From the NCBI GenBank assembly GCA_964247055.1, contig OZ176051.1, forward strand, positions 9,920,001 to 9,984,000: a DNA stretch of 64,000 nucleotides, in the 5' to 3' direction. The position numbers and the translations under genes were made by a program. This document shows, one piece after another, positions 51,221-63,835 of the stretch (position 1 is its first letter; each line of letters starts with the position of its first letter). This DNA is from Paragordius varius (Eukaryota > Animalia > Nematomorpha). A model generated the notes under the pieces. That model worked only from the letters and a program-made list of their open reading frames with translations. It made no database searches and was not told the origin of the DNA.

Positions 51221-54200
51221 ATGGAATCTTGGGACATTTATCTTAGTGAGGTACAATGATATAAAATAATTAAGATAATCAAAATATATTTCCAAAATTT
51301 ACAAATTGAATCTGAAACTTTACAGTATTTATCACAGTTATGCAATAATCTTTTTACAAAACTGACAACCGTCAATCTCTCCAAAATTGGGGTAAATAAT
51401 TTGATTATACATTTAGGATCTGGAATATATAAAAATATTATCCTCGGAACTATATAAAAACATTATGGATGAATGTAATTTGTACGTTGAAAAATCTCAT
51501 TATAATTCGTTTATCGAAAAACTGGCATATCTAATAGACAAAGTAATTATTCGTTCAAATATGTCTTTTTAGAAATCTCAGCAAAAGTTTGCATTTTATA
51601 TGTGTATTGCTTTCTCTATTGTAATAAATCAGATATTTGTTTATTTCTTCAAATATATCGAAAAATATTCCAAACTGATTGGAAAAAATATCATTACTTT
51701 ATCGGATATTCACATAGTTTTAGCGGCTAGAAAAGTAAACCCATTTATCCTAATTTTTAGGAACTTTCTACCTTATTTTTATCTGATTCGGTTTCTTTTG
51801 TTCACCCTGATAATATATACACTTTAAATGGTCAACTTGACAAAAATAACAATGAACAAAATATTCCGCATAAATCAACTTTTGATCTTATTCATTTTAA
51901 TTACAATATATGGCCTTATTGTAACAAAATTGAAAAGAAACCAGAAATGACGTTAGTTACAGAAAACATAGGACTCAATCAAACGAAAACCAATATTTTT
52001 AATCACCACGACAATTTTAAATCAAAATATCTGGAATATGAATCTATCCTACTTGATTACATTCGAAAAGAGGAGTCATTATACATAAAAGATGTTAAAT
52101 GTTTGGCCAAACCCATTGAAATATTCAAAAATCCACGGAATCGAGAGCATTATAACGTATAAATTTTTTCCAAAATTAAATTTTTTTAATATACTTTATT
52201 GTTTTTGATTAAATTTATATTTTTTTATATATTTCCGTATATATTCTTAACTATGGACCGTAAATAGTTCCACTTGTTAGTTTTTAAGAATTATACTCCA
52301 TATATTTAATAAATTCAATGACAAATTTATTAAATGAAAACAAATTAAATAGTATTTGAATAGCATAGGTGAAAGGTAATCAAGCGATATTACATCCAAT
52401 CAAGCAATTATTAGATATCTTTAACCACTAATTTTAGAATATGTATATAATAACGTTTTTGTATCCTTTTCCTGTGATAAGTTTCTAATATATTTTCTAA
52501 ATTTTTTTATCGGGATTATTTTTTTGTATGATTGATTCCGTTTACATATTTTAGCGGGAAAAAGCGTTCCGGATTAAATGGCATTCTTTGTTTTTTTTGT
52601 CCAAATGATATAAAACAGCAACATACAATTCTTAATTTTCTCTAAAATATTTTAAATAATGAAACAATAAAATAAAATTAACATTATATAAATTGGAAAA
52701 ACGGCAATTTCATTCGGTTTAAAGTTTTTTGTAATTAATTTGCAAATCGTTTTTACTTTTCAAAACGCGAAACGGTATTAATCTTAAACTCATAATTTTT
52801 ACCATATATATATTAGGATAAACGTATATTTACGGATTGGGATACCCTCGCTATTCTAACCGCTGATATTTATCACCTCAGTATTAAACTGTTATGGGGC
52901 ATTGATGAAAGCAAACAAACGAATGAAATGGAGGAACCTGAAGCACACACCTTTGCCTACATTGATTTCATTGAAGACCTTATCTTGGTTCAAGAGTTTG
53001 AAATTTACCTTAAATACGCAAAATTATTGTTCACCCAATTTGCACCATTTTACACCTGGTTGTTACTTAACTCAAAAACGGAAAATGGAACGCATTTGTT
53101 ATATGAAACATTTTTCCCACACGCCATATTGGATGATATGCAGGTAACTATTCTATTTGAATTACATTTTTGATTCATGTAATTTGGAATAATTTTAGGA
53201 TTTTTGTTAATAACATGCATTAAATATTAGCCTTTATTTTAATTTAAATCGTATTTTATACCACCACCATAATTTTATATGATTTGAAAATATCTAAATA
53301 ATATATTTTTTTAGGATTTACATTACGACATTAACCAATATTTGCAATATGTTTATCCCTTACAACTACTTCAACCATTTCTCCACATTGTTTTTTATCG
53401 GATACTGTTAAAGGTAGATATCATATTTTTTTATTTTTTTTTCGTATTTTATTTCTGATTTATTGTGCTTAACAAAGGTTTATAAAAATTTATTTTTAAT
53501 TTTTACTTGTAATAAAAAATTGCATATTATTGAACAAGAGGGCAAAAACTTTTTTATATTATAGTATCTCAAGTTTTTAGTATTTTTTTTCAATTGTTTC
53601 ATATAATTAATTAGGATCTAATTACATTGCTAAAAACGTCTATAAAGGATTCGGAAACAACGGATGATGGTATGAATTATATTAACATATTTATATTTCT
53701 TATTAATTTATCATAATAATAATGAAAAGTTGGTTTATCTAATGGTTTTTTATTTAAATATGGTAATTTAATTTAATGACACCCATATTATATATTTTTA
53801 TAAACTATTTTTTAATATAAAAATAATTTTATACCAGATATATTTAGTAAATTATAATAAATGTACAATTTTGATTCCTATCTTTAAAAATTTTGTATTT
53901 ACGAGGAAATATTTTTAAAGTTTTATTGAATGCTACTGATATTTTAAACCATTTTAATATGGCCTCAATATTTTATTATTTCATTAGATGACGCCTCTAA
54001 ATTAGATGAACAAATGGCCAAACTCGAAAATGCTTTAATGTCCTTAAATCAGTTGATTAAACAAATATGTGACATTTGCCCTGACACTATTGCACTTCAA
54101 CTCAAAAGGTATTATATAATGGTCATTATTTAAAAAATATATATAAATAATATCAAAGGACCCCTCTCAAGGATTATATAAGTAATATCCGCAATAAGAC

Positions 54201-57200
54201 TCTCTTTGATTAAAATTGGAAATTGAGCTTTTTATAAAAAAAAAATAGATTAATATTTAGTGTTTTTTGTAATAATAGATCCTATTTACAAAAATATATA
54301 TATATAATTAAAATAGTAAATTGATGATTAATTTTTATAAGTGAGCCAAACAAACAAATAACCACAAATTAATAATTTAGAAAGTATAACAGCTTTAAAT
54401 GATTATAACTTAAAATTAAAAATTATGATATGAAGTAAAAAAAAGTGATTGATCATAAGCATAAGGTTACATTCAGTTAATAGGCGCTGTTTGTTTCAAA
54501 AAAAGTTTCTTTATGAGGGGGTCCCTTCTGTAAATTATTACAAAATTTTATGCAATATAATGCATACAGTCTGCAAGAAAATTATTCATTTTTACCTGCT
54601 GAAATGAAAACATTGGATAATGCTATTGAAAAGTATGGGGCCGTCGAAAAATGTGAAATTAATTTAGCGGACACAATTAAAGGTTGGAATGAAAAAGCGG
54701 GGGTTGGTAATAACACTTCTACCCTTAGGGAATACCTTCAAACTGATGCCAGTGGTATAATATTTGGTTTTTTGAAAAAATGCACTTTTTAAATTGTTTA
54801 TATCTGTACTAACATTAATTGTTTTTTTTATATTAAAACTAAAAAATGTTGGAAATTGAAAATTAATTATTAATTTGTTGCTATATCATTTATTTCAATA
54901 ATTTTATGAAAATGATTACAATAAAAATTGACATTATAGGTTATTATTTCAAAATATTTCACTACATTTATTACATTCCGATATTTATGATTTGGGGAAC
55001 CGTGTTATATTATTATTTTATAGTTTAGTAATTTCGAAATTTAAATGATTTTTAGACACTTTTTCTCTTGCATCCACAACCAATTTATTGGCAGAACAAT
55101 TGCAAATCCAACCAATCCTAACTCTGACTAAGCCTGGGAAATCGGAAACACTCCTAAACGGTTTATTAATTATTACATAACAATATATTTTCTCCTATAA
55201 ATTATTTTTCATATTATCGTATATATCCAAATATGGTAAGTACATGTTAAATAATTTATTAAGCTGTAGTGCTCATTAATAAATTCATTTTTTTTCATTT
55301 TTGGATGCGTTCGGCATGTTTTAGCTTGATTTGTTATCCATTTTTTGAAGAATTAATTATAGTGACTAGCCAGATTAATTAACCTTTTCTTATTTAAAAT
55401 AAGTTAAAAAATATTTTAACAATTTTTGTAACAAATTTTTCATTTTCTTACTTTTTACTTTGTGTAATATAGAAGGATCCATATTTACCCTCAGTTCTCA
55501 AAGCCCATTGCTCATGAATCCAAATGTCATTGAACCTTTGTCTGATATTAAACGTGATAACCTCATTTCAAATTATGTCAAAGCTGGAACCGGTTCTGGT
55601 TCTACCAATTTTAATTCCCCACACGCCAAAGACAGAACAGCTTTTATATGGTCTGATGGGACTTTTGCTGTCTGTAAAACTTTACCACCGGGAAATTATA
55701 TTGCCTCACATTTGAATAGTATATTTATTTTCTTATAACATTTCTACGCCAAACGATAAGTTATCACGTAATTCTTGTATTGGTTTTTTACTTAATTATA
55801 TTTGATTTTTTAATTTTTGAGTTTGTTGCCAATTTACGCCTCATTCCCTTTGCAATAAAATTAAAGGTTATACTAAAATTAAGATGTAAAAATGTTTATT
55901 ATTTTGCCTTTAAATTTGATTTTTTACTGTGTCGAATTTTGTTTTTAATTTAGAATTTGGTAAAACAACCACAAAATCCCCCAACGTAGCAAATACAGTA
56001 AAATCTCCTCGAAACGAGCCCATAGTAGCAAAATCCAAAAATTTAGCCATGGCAAATATTGAATCAGTTATCCGTAATATAGTTACAGCAAATTCCGATG
56101 CATCGTCCCAGCTTAACCCTATGCAAAAATTGCTAGTGTTAGGATTTCAAAATCGAAATTTTTCTTCAAATATGGCATCTCCCCCCTTAACTTCCTTACC
56201 AACATCTAATAGTGTTCCAGTTACTTTTGATTATAAGCTCATAAATGGAGCTATTATGGATCAATGTCGAATAACTTCGACTAACGGTTATTTTCCGATT
56301 TTTTTTATTAATCATTAACCAAAATTACAAAATGTGGTGTTTGCTAAGAAAATGTAATTATAAGTGATTGTGTTTATTATGAATATGATGTTTTATTATA
56401 ATTATGTTATGATTTGTAAATGAAAACAAACATTGTTATTTAGTCTTTAATTGATTAGATTCACTTTAATTATTGTATACTCGTTATAATTGATAGGAAA
56501 TAATTTAAGCCGATTTCGACTAAAGTATTTAAATACTTCTATAGCAGTATTCGGTAGTCGAATATGACTTTATCCCCGTAACTAATATGTTAAACGAGTT
56601 ATTTGTATTTTTAAATAGCTAAAAAAGCTTTTATCATATTTGAGGCCGGGGTCGTCCAACACAAATGACTTTGCGGGGGCCACATTTTAAATTAAAAAGC
56701 CAATGGGCAGCATAGGAAAGATATATGGACATTCATAACGAAATTGACTGTAACACGCAAAAAAATTATGATTTGTAGTTCATACCAATTGAAGAGATAC
56801 CTATTTATTAAAATTTAAGAAATTTCAAGATTTTGTGAGCATATTTCTGCTAATATGGATTTTCTAATTTTTGTGGGCCGCACATAAAGTCTCGGCGGAT
56901 CGCACATTGGACACCAACACCCCTGTTTTGGACAACAATCAAGATTATTGATTACATTATCCATATTTATACTAATTTTAGTGTATTTTATAATATCAAT
57001 ATTGCCACACTTTAGATTTAATCATCAATATCCAAATTTTAACATCCACCAACAAATATGCCAAAAATAGTTCTAAACACGGCAATCATTTTCACAGCAA
57101 ACACAATAAATTTCAAGTTCAATCGAATGAAGCTTCCAATCATTCGATTAACGCTCGAAACGATACTCTTTCAAATGTATCATCATCCACACTTTCTATT

Positions 57201-60200
57201 AACCGAAAAATTGCAAGCAGTTTACTTCACAATTCGTTCATTAATTTAGTGGCCAAGAGTGATGCCGAACATAAGACTTGGATGGCATATTTTGTCAAAC
57301 TTTCAGTTCAAAAGTATACTTTTTTGCAATTTTTTTGAAAGATTTTAAGAAAATAGGATTTGTTACCTTTTTTTTCTTTTGAGCTAATTTTATTGCTGAT
57401 TATTTTTAAAGAATAGTAAAATATATATACGTACTTAGATCGCTTTATAAACGCCTTAACAAATTAATTGAGAATGATGAAAGTTATCAACCCTACCTTA
57501 TACTGAAACATCTAAATCACAAACCCAAGTAATATAATTTATAATGAAAAATATTTATACATTTGCACTAAATTTATTTTTGGAATATTTTACGTTAGAT
57601 ATGGGAAATACACAGATCCAAATTATTTGGTTTTGGAATACAAAGGAGATTCTGAAATACCATTCGTTAAAGGTAAAAAATTATTTTTTACATACTAATT
57701 TATATTTTCAACCCTAAATTACTTTTAATTAAATTTGTTATTATTTTTTTTATTTTACATATGAGAATAACTCTTGTAACAAACTAAAATTCTACAGTTA
57801 CAGTATGCATTTGAATAGTTACTCATTTCACACTATAGTTGACAATACACAAATTTTCTTGAAAAAAAGGAAAAAATGTTTATTTAAATTTTTTGATTTC
57901 CTTACACTACTGTGTGTTTCAAATCGCCCAACTATATTGTGACATACGCAATCAAAAAAAATGCATATTGTCTTTATAAAATTTAGTATAATCCACATTT
58001 TCGAATCTGATGTTATTGATGTTTATTTTTTAATAGGTATGGATAATTTTATTATGGATATAATATCTATGACATGTTTAACATATATATTTTATATCCA
58101 AAATAAACCTTTCTATCAGGTTTTTTAATGAAGGGTAAAAGTTCTGTGAAATAAATTGCGTTACTAATTTTTTTCCCCCTACTTTAGCTGGGACGCGTGA
58201 CAAATTGATTGAACGTTTGTGTTATCCCAAATACTGTGATCACTTTTTCCTATCGACTTTTCTTATAGTTTACCGCACATTTATGCCCCCAAATCAATTG
58301 TTTCAAGCCCTAATTGATCGGTATGCTTATGGATTAACTTTTAACCGATTATTTATAAATTTTAGGAAGAATAGAATACCAAAAAATTGGTATTTTATGA
58401 CATAAAAAGAAATTAATCAATTCGACTTAGATCTTATTGATTAATTCTATAATTTTAGTTTTGGCATCAATATTCAATTTTTATATTTCGTACTTTCCTG
58501 TTTGGTTTCTTCCCAAGCTTTATGACACTTTTAGGACGCGAAAAATATATTTAGATTGTTAAAATCACTCCATACATATATAATTGCATATAATCGGTAA
58601 AATCATAAATAAGTAATAATTTTATATATTATATGTGCAAATTTATTAAAAAGATATCAGGAGAAATTCCTTATTTAGTTTTTGTAATATCTTTACACAA
58701 TTTAACAAAATATTTTTAGATATAATTTACCGGCAAACTTGGAGGACTTAGATATGGATCGGTTAAAAGAACACCTACAAAAAATTTATGGGACAAACGA
58801 ATACCCCTTGGCAGATAGTGATATTGATGCTATAGTTAAAGAAATTTTGCTCAAATACAAAAAGGAATACCTCATACCTGTACAATTAAGGTAAGTTTTT
58901 GATTTGTGAAACCGTTTTTGGCTAATTTCGGTTTAATTATCCCGGTCATAAGTATTTTTTATCGGGAATACTGCTTTGAATCTGCTTCCAAAGTACTTTT
59001 ACCAGAAATGTTCTCTCCATTGTTTTTAGGTCAATTAGTTGTGATTTGGTTCTATATTTTTATAAATTTTTGGGTTAACCCATAAAACATATAATCCCGA
59101 CTGCGTTTTATAAAAAAATTCAAAAGTAAACTTTAAAAGTGCAATATATTATTAATAAATAAGGCATAGTAATGAAAATAATATAAAAATTTAATTTAAT
59201 ATTTGGAACGCTTTTTATCATTTTTTAGTTTAACAAGCAGTTAATAGCTTGTGTTTCTTAAGGTCTTGAATATTATATATATAATTTTTTTAATAACAAT
59301 TAATTATATTCTAAAATTTTGTAATAAAGTTACACATTTTGAGATATCTGTTATACTAACTAACATATTATTTTTTCTTCTCAAAATATATTATATATTC
59401 CATTTACAATTTAAATTCACGCTTGAACAATTGAAATTCAGCCTAAAAATAAATTATGTGTTTTTGTGCTTATATATAACTCATCATTAATATGAAATAT
59501 ATTTTTACGACATAGTTTATTAGTTTTTCAGCATTATATTAATTTTAAACAGATATTTCATATCTCGTATCGTCTTTGTGTAATGGCTAGCCATTGTATC
59601 CGTATAGAAGCTGTCTGTAATATTTGCGATCCTGCCAGGCGTTATCATCAATGTTGGCAACACTTAAATCATTATTTATTGTTTTTTCCCAGTTGAATGT
59701 TGGTCTGCCCCTGCGATTGTTACCTTCGGGATGTAGGGATAAGATTTTATTTGTCCATTGTTCTGGAGCACGTTTGATGTGTCCGAAATATCTAAGCCTA
59801 TTTTTTCTGAGCATGACATTTAAAGGTTCAATTTGGTAGAGTTGATGTAAATTTGAATTTGACTTATTGGGTTGGAATAAATTTAGTATCCGTTTTTCTA
59901 AGTTCATTAGTTTTTTCTCGATTGAATCTGTCATCGGCCACGTTCGCAACCATACAGGAGTATGGGACGTATGCCGGCTTTGTAAATCAAACCTTTGTTT
60001 TTTGCTGATATGTGTTTATTTTTGAGCACAAATTTAAGTTGATGATATTTTACCCAAGCCTGTTGGGATCTATATTTAACTGATTGGTTTATTCCACCTA
60101 GGCAATGTATGACATCGCCCAAGTATTTGAAATTATTCACCAATTCGATTTTGGTGTCTGCCATATAAACGTAATTTAGGGAAGTGGATGAGTGATTTAT

Positions 60201-63200
60201 TGTTTTATTTTTACATGATTCACATATAAATTTGTCATTGTTGATTAATTTCCCTTTTATAAGCGAGCACTTTTTGTGTACCCACTTATTGCATGATGTA
60301 CATAGGATTGAATTGAGTTTAACATCTAAATCACATACTCCACATGGAAACTTAGGTCGTTCATATACAGTTTCACCCGTTATCATCACCTTTGTTTTGC
60401 TTATATTTATATTCATTCCACCCTTTTCTAAGTGTGATTTCCATGTGTTGTACTTTTGATTTAATGCTTCCATTGATGTTGCGGTGAGAACAATGTCGTC
60501 CGCATAGATAAGTTTCCATGGTGGGCCTTGTTTTATATCTTTTGTTAGGTAATCCATTATTAAAATGAAGAGTAGAGGGCTTAGGATGGAGCCTTGATGA
60601 AGACCAGATTCGTTTAGAACAAAAGCTGTGTTACCTAGTGTTAATTTGACGCAGTTTGTTGTTTTGTAGTACATCATTTCTATTGATTTAATTATCCAAT
60701 CATCTACATTATTGGCTCGTAGTGTGGATGTGATCAACTTCCTGGGGATACAATCAAAGGCCCTTTGTATATCAATAAAAACATGATATAGTTTTTTATT
60801 TTTCGCTAAATAGTTCTCTTGCAATCTTCTCAAAATGAAGATTGCATCAATTGTGCTACTGTTTGGTTTATAGGCATATTGTGATTCCTGTATACTAACG
60901 ATTGATCTTAGTTTTGATTCAATAATGGATTCAAAAATTTTTAACGGGTGTTCCAACAACTTTAGTGGTCTGTAGGAGGAACAAACGAGTATGACTCCTT
61001 TGTTTTTATAAATGGGTATGATGGTGCTTTTTGACCAATCATTAGGGATGCGATTCGTTGATAAGATTAAGTTGAATATGTTAGTTAAATGTATAATGCA
61101 TTGTGGTAAAGCTTTGATCATGTCACAGCTGAGTTCAGATGGACCTGTAGCTTTGTTATTTTTCATCTTGGCCAAGGCTTCTCTTACATCGTCTGTTGTT
61201 ATCAATGGTCGAGGACCAATTGCTGGTGGTTGGTTTATTGTTTCAAAATCATGTTTTTGTGCAAATTGTTCTTTGTAATACGTTGTCCAGACATTGCTTA
61301 TGTCACTCCACTCAGTTACTAGTTGTTGATCTTTATCTTTAATATAGGAAATTTGTTTAATGTCCTTTTTATTATTGTTAACTGAATTTATTGTTCGAAA
61401 AATCTTAAGATTTTTCATGTCTTGTTCTAATTTTTTAGCTAAATCCAAAGCTTTTTTGTTGGCTGAAATATTGATGGCTTGTTGTAAATTTTTATTTGAT
61501 TTGATATATGATTCCAAGTCTCTTTTATCTTTTGTTTGTTTCCATCTTTTATAGTTATTGCGTTTAATTTTAATTAAAGGTTTTATGGATTCTGACCACC
61601 ACAAATTTGATTGTTGTTTTTTCCTGTATATTTTCTTTCTGCCACAATAATTAAGCACATTTGGGATGATGTTTTTAAAATTATCCCAAGCTTCTTCAGA
61701 TGTTTTGTGGTTGAGGCTAAGCGATGCATTGACAGTTTCTGAGAGTTGAAGTTTAAGATCAGGAAGGTGTAGTTTTTCTAAGTTTATTTTAGGTTTCTGG
61801 TTACTATGGTAATAGGATTTGTTTATTGTTATTATTGCTACAATTAATTTATGTTGTGTGTCAGTAAGGTATGTTTTAGAGTCTTTAATGAATTTTCTAT
61901 CTTGTATGGGTGTTAAAATGTAGTCTACCATAGAATTTTGATTACCACTTGTATAAGTTATTAATTTTTTTTGCTGGTTTCGTGAAGAGGGTATTGCAGA
62001 TAGTAAGTCTAAGAGATGCGCAGTATTCTAATAATGTATCACCTTCTTTGTTACGGCTGCCAAAAGCGTTTCCTCCATGTATTCTCATATAGTCTTCACC
62101 ATTAGTGCCAACGTGGGAATTGAAATCTCCACCTATAAAAATTTTGTCATTTGGAGGTATTGCATGGGAAATGTCGTATAGTTGGTTCCAAAAGGCTTGT
62201 TTGGTTGCTCCGTTTAATCCAGACTGGGGAGCATAGATGGAAAGTATGTTAAGAATTTGTTTTTTAAAGCCGATACGTATTTGGATAATTCTTTCGTTGT
62301 GTCTGTTTACTTCTATTATATTATCACAATATTCATTTTTAATAGCTATAGCCACTCCATGTTGGCCTTTCATTTGACCTTTGTAGAAAATTGTATAGTT
62401 GTCTATATTCAGCTTTCCCTCAGATTTATATCTTGTTTCCTGGAGGCAACAGATGTCAATGTTTTTCTCTTTTATTTGGTCGATAACTAAGTTTGATCTA
62501 CCGACTAGCGTCGAGATATGTGCCGATCTTAAGTGGTTTTACCATATTGTTGGGTGTTTTTTGATGTTTGTGGTTTTTTAGGAGAGCATTAATATTGTTA
62601 TCATGTAAATTAATATTATTATCAAAATTAAGATTATCACATATATTAATATCATTAATAAAATTATTTGTAAGATTAATATTATCATTTTTAAAATATA
62701 TATCATTGTTTAAAAGTGTTGTCAATTCATTCATTATTTTCATATACGGTATGATTAAGGCGATTGTTTTACAATTTGCATGCCTTTGCAAATCAAGAGA
62801 CTATTTCGGTGTCCCCTACCTATGGAATTGCCTTTCTGGGCTTACGGAGTTCCATCCCCGCTTACATATATTAGAATTGGTTGTTTCTAGCAACTGGTTA
62901 TAGCGCCAGATAAACCCGCTTTATCATCTGTGTGAATGCAGGTATTGTGGTATTTTATAGGAAAAAATAATGGTAGTTTATTTTTTTCACCACACCCAAC
63001 ACAGATGATTTCTTTCCTTTGCCGCTCCCGTTGGTATTAACCAGGGTGCACCACGCGGAGGTGGGAGTCGGACTTTGCACCCCAGAATTTCATATCTTAA
63101 AAATATTAAAAAATAAAGGTAATTTTTAATGTAGAAAATACATAAATTATTTTAGGGAATTGTTCAAGGGTGAATTTGAACTGTAAATGATATATTATAA

Positions 63201-63835
63201 TGTTTTTTTATTATAATACTATGTATTTACTTTTTTAGGGTTTTAAACGTACTTCGACACTGGCTTAACTATCATTACTATGATTTTAAACTTGATCCAG
63301 CTTTGCTTGAAAAACTGCGCACCTTCTTGGTAAATCTGTCATTCCACAAAAATAAGTCCAGATATGTGGAAATGATGCAAAATTTGATCCACAAACGGGT
63401 AGCGAGCGCAATATTATTTGTTTTTTAAATATATACATATAAATTTTGTAATATATTTTTTATAAAAATTCACTCGTAAACATCTTAAAATAATTTAACA
63501 GTTTTAAATCTCCTTCAAAAGCATAATTCCTAAAAACCACTTTAAATCAAAAATATTTAGATTTTCTGTAACAAATTTTTAATCTTAATATATAAATAAT
63601 AATTCATAAAAGGGTAACTTTCAAATTCGAATTTGCAATGTTTAGAGATGATTTTGAATTATAATTGGTATAATATTTTACACTTTTACCATTCAAGAAT
63701 GATTTTATTTTGTTTTTTTATTTTTTTATATAGTTGGAACAAACTGAGAAACCGAAAGAATTGGTTTTTGACCATCCTGCACCACCTATTGAGTGGCATT
63801 TAACGCGAAACCCTTCAGATTTCAATTTGTTTACA
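51221..63835 (+). CDS. SOS: Son of sevenless Ras-GEF (histone-fold, DH, PH, REM and start of CDC25 domain); 3' part beyond window
   Basis: Exons 51221-51250, 51275-51391, 51417-51542, 51573-51734, 51761-52156, 52817-53143, 53315-53413, 53615-53669, 53988-54108, 54570-54754, 55056-55160, 55473-55718, 55954-56286, 57016-57313, 57439-57528, 57599-57672, 58188-58320, 58720-58890, 63239-63398, 63734-63835. SOS-like motifs: IPFVKAGTRDKLIERL, KKEYLIPVQLRVLNVLRHW, HPAPPIEWHL. Some middle boundaries are tentative. Confidence 0.92.
51251..51760 (+). other. Four consecutive tiny introns in SOS: 51251-51274 (24 nt), 51392-51416 (25), 51543-51572 (30), 51735-51760 (26)
   Basis: GTACAATGATATAAAATAATTAAG; GTAAATAATTTGATTATACATTTAG; GTAATTATTCGTTCAAATATGTCTTTTTAG; GTAAACCCATTTATCCTAATTTTTAG. 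Removing all four gives one open frame resembling the SOS histone-fold region. Confidence 0.82.
56646..56925. mobile_element. Probable Charlie-type hAT MITE in SOS intron
   Basis: ccggggtcgtccaa at left, ttggacacc..ccctg at right, and internal gggggccaca/gggccgcac motifs. No convincing TSD. Confidence 0.45.
59400..63190. mobile_element. MITE family A copy split by a LINE insertion
   Basis: Left TIR ccatttacaatttaaattcacgc at 59400 and right TIR gggtgaatttgaactgtaaatga ending 63190. The internal MITE sequence is continuous once 59566-63097 is removed. Confidence 0.8.
59566..63086 (-). mobile_element. Full-length RTE-clade non-LTR retrotransposon (APE endonuclease + RT with PHD-type finger), frameshifted
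   Basis: 11-bp TSD ATTTCATATCT at 59555-59565 and 63087-63097. APE motifs DICCLQETR, IYAPQSG, GDFNSHVG, VDYIL; RT motifs KATGP, YRPLKLL, GLHQGSILSPLLF, IYADD, FKYLG. Frameshifts near 62510-62470, near 61960 and near 59945. Confidence 0.93.

Noticed and set aside
58366-58389. Possible 24-nt SOS micro-exon after a 45-nt intron
   Set aside because: Inclusion creates TGA at the junction with the next exon, whereas direct 58320-58720 splicing gives the SOS-like LIDRYNLP.
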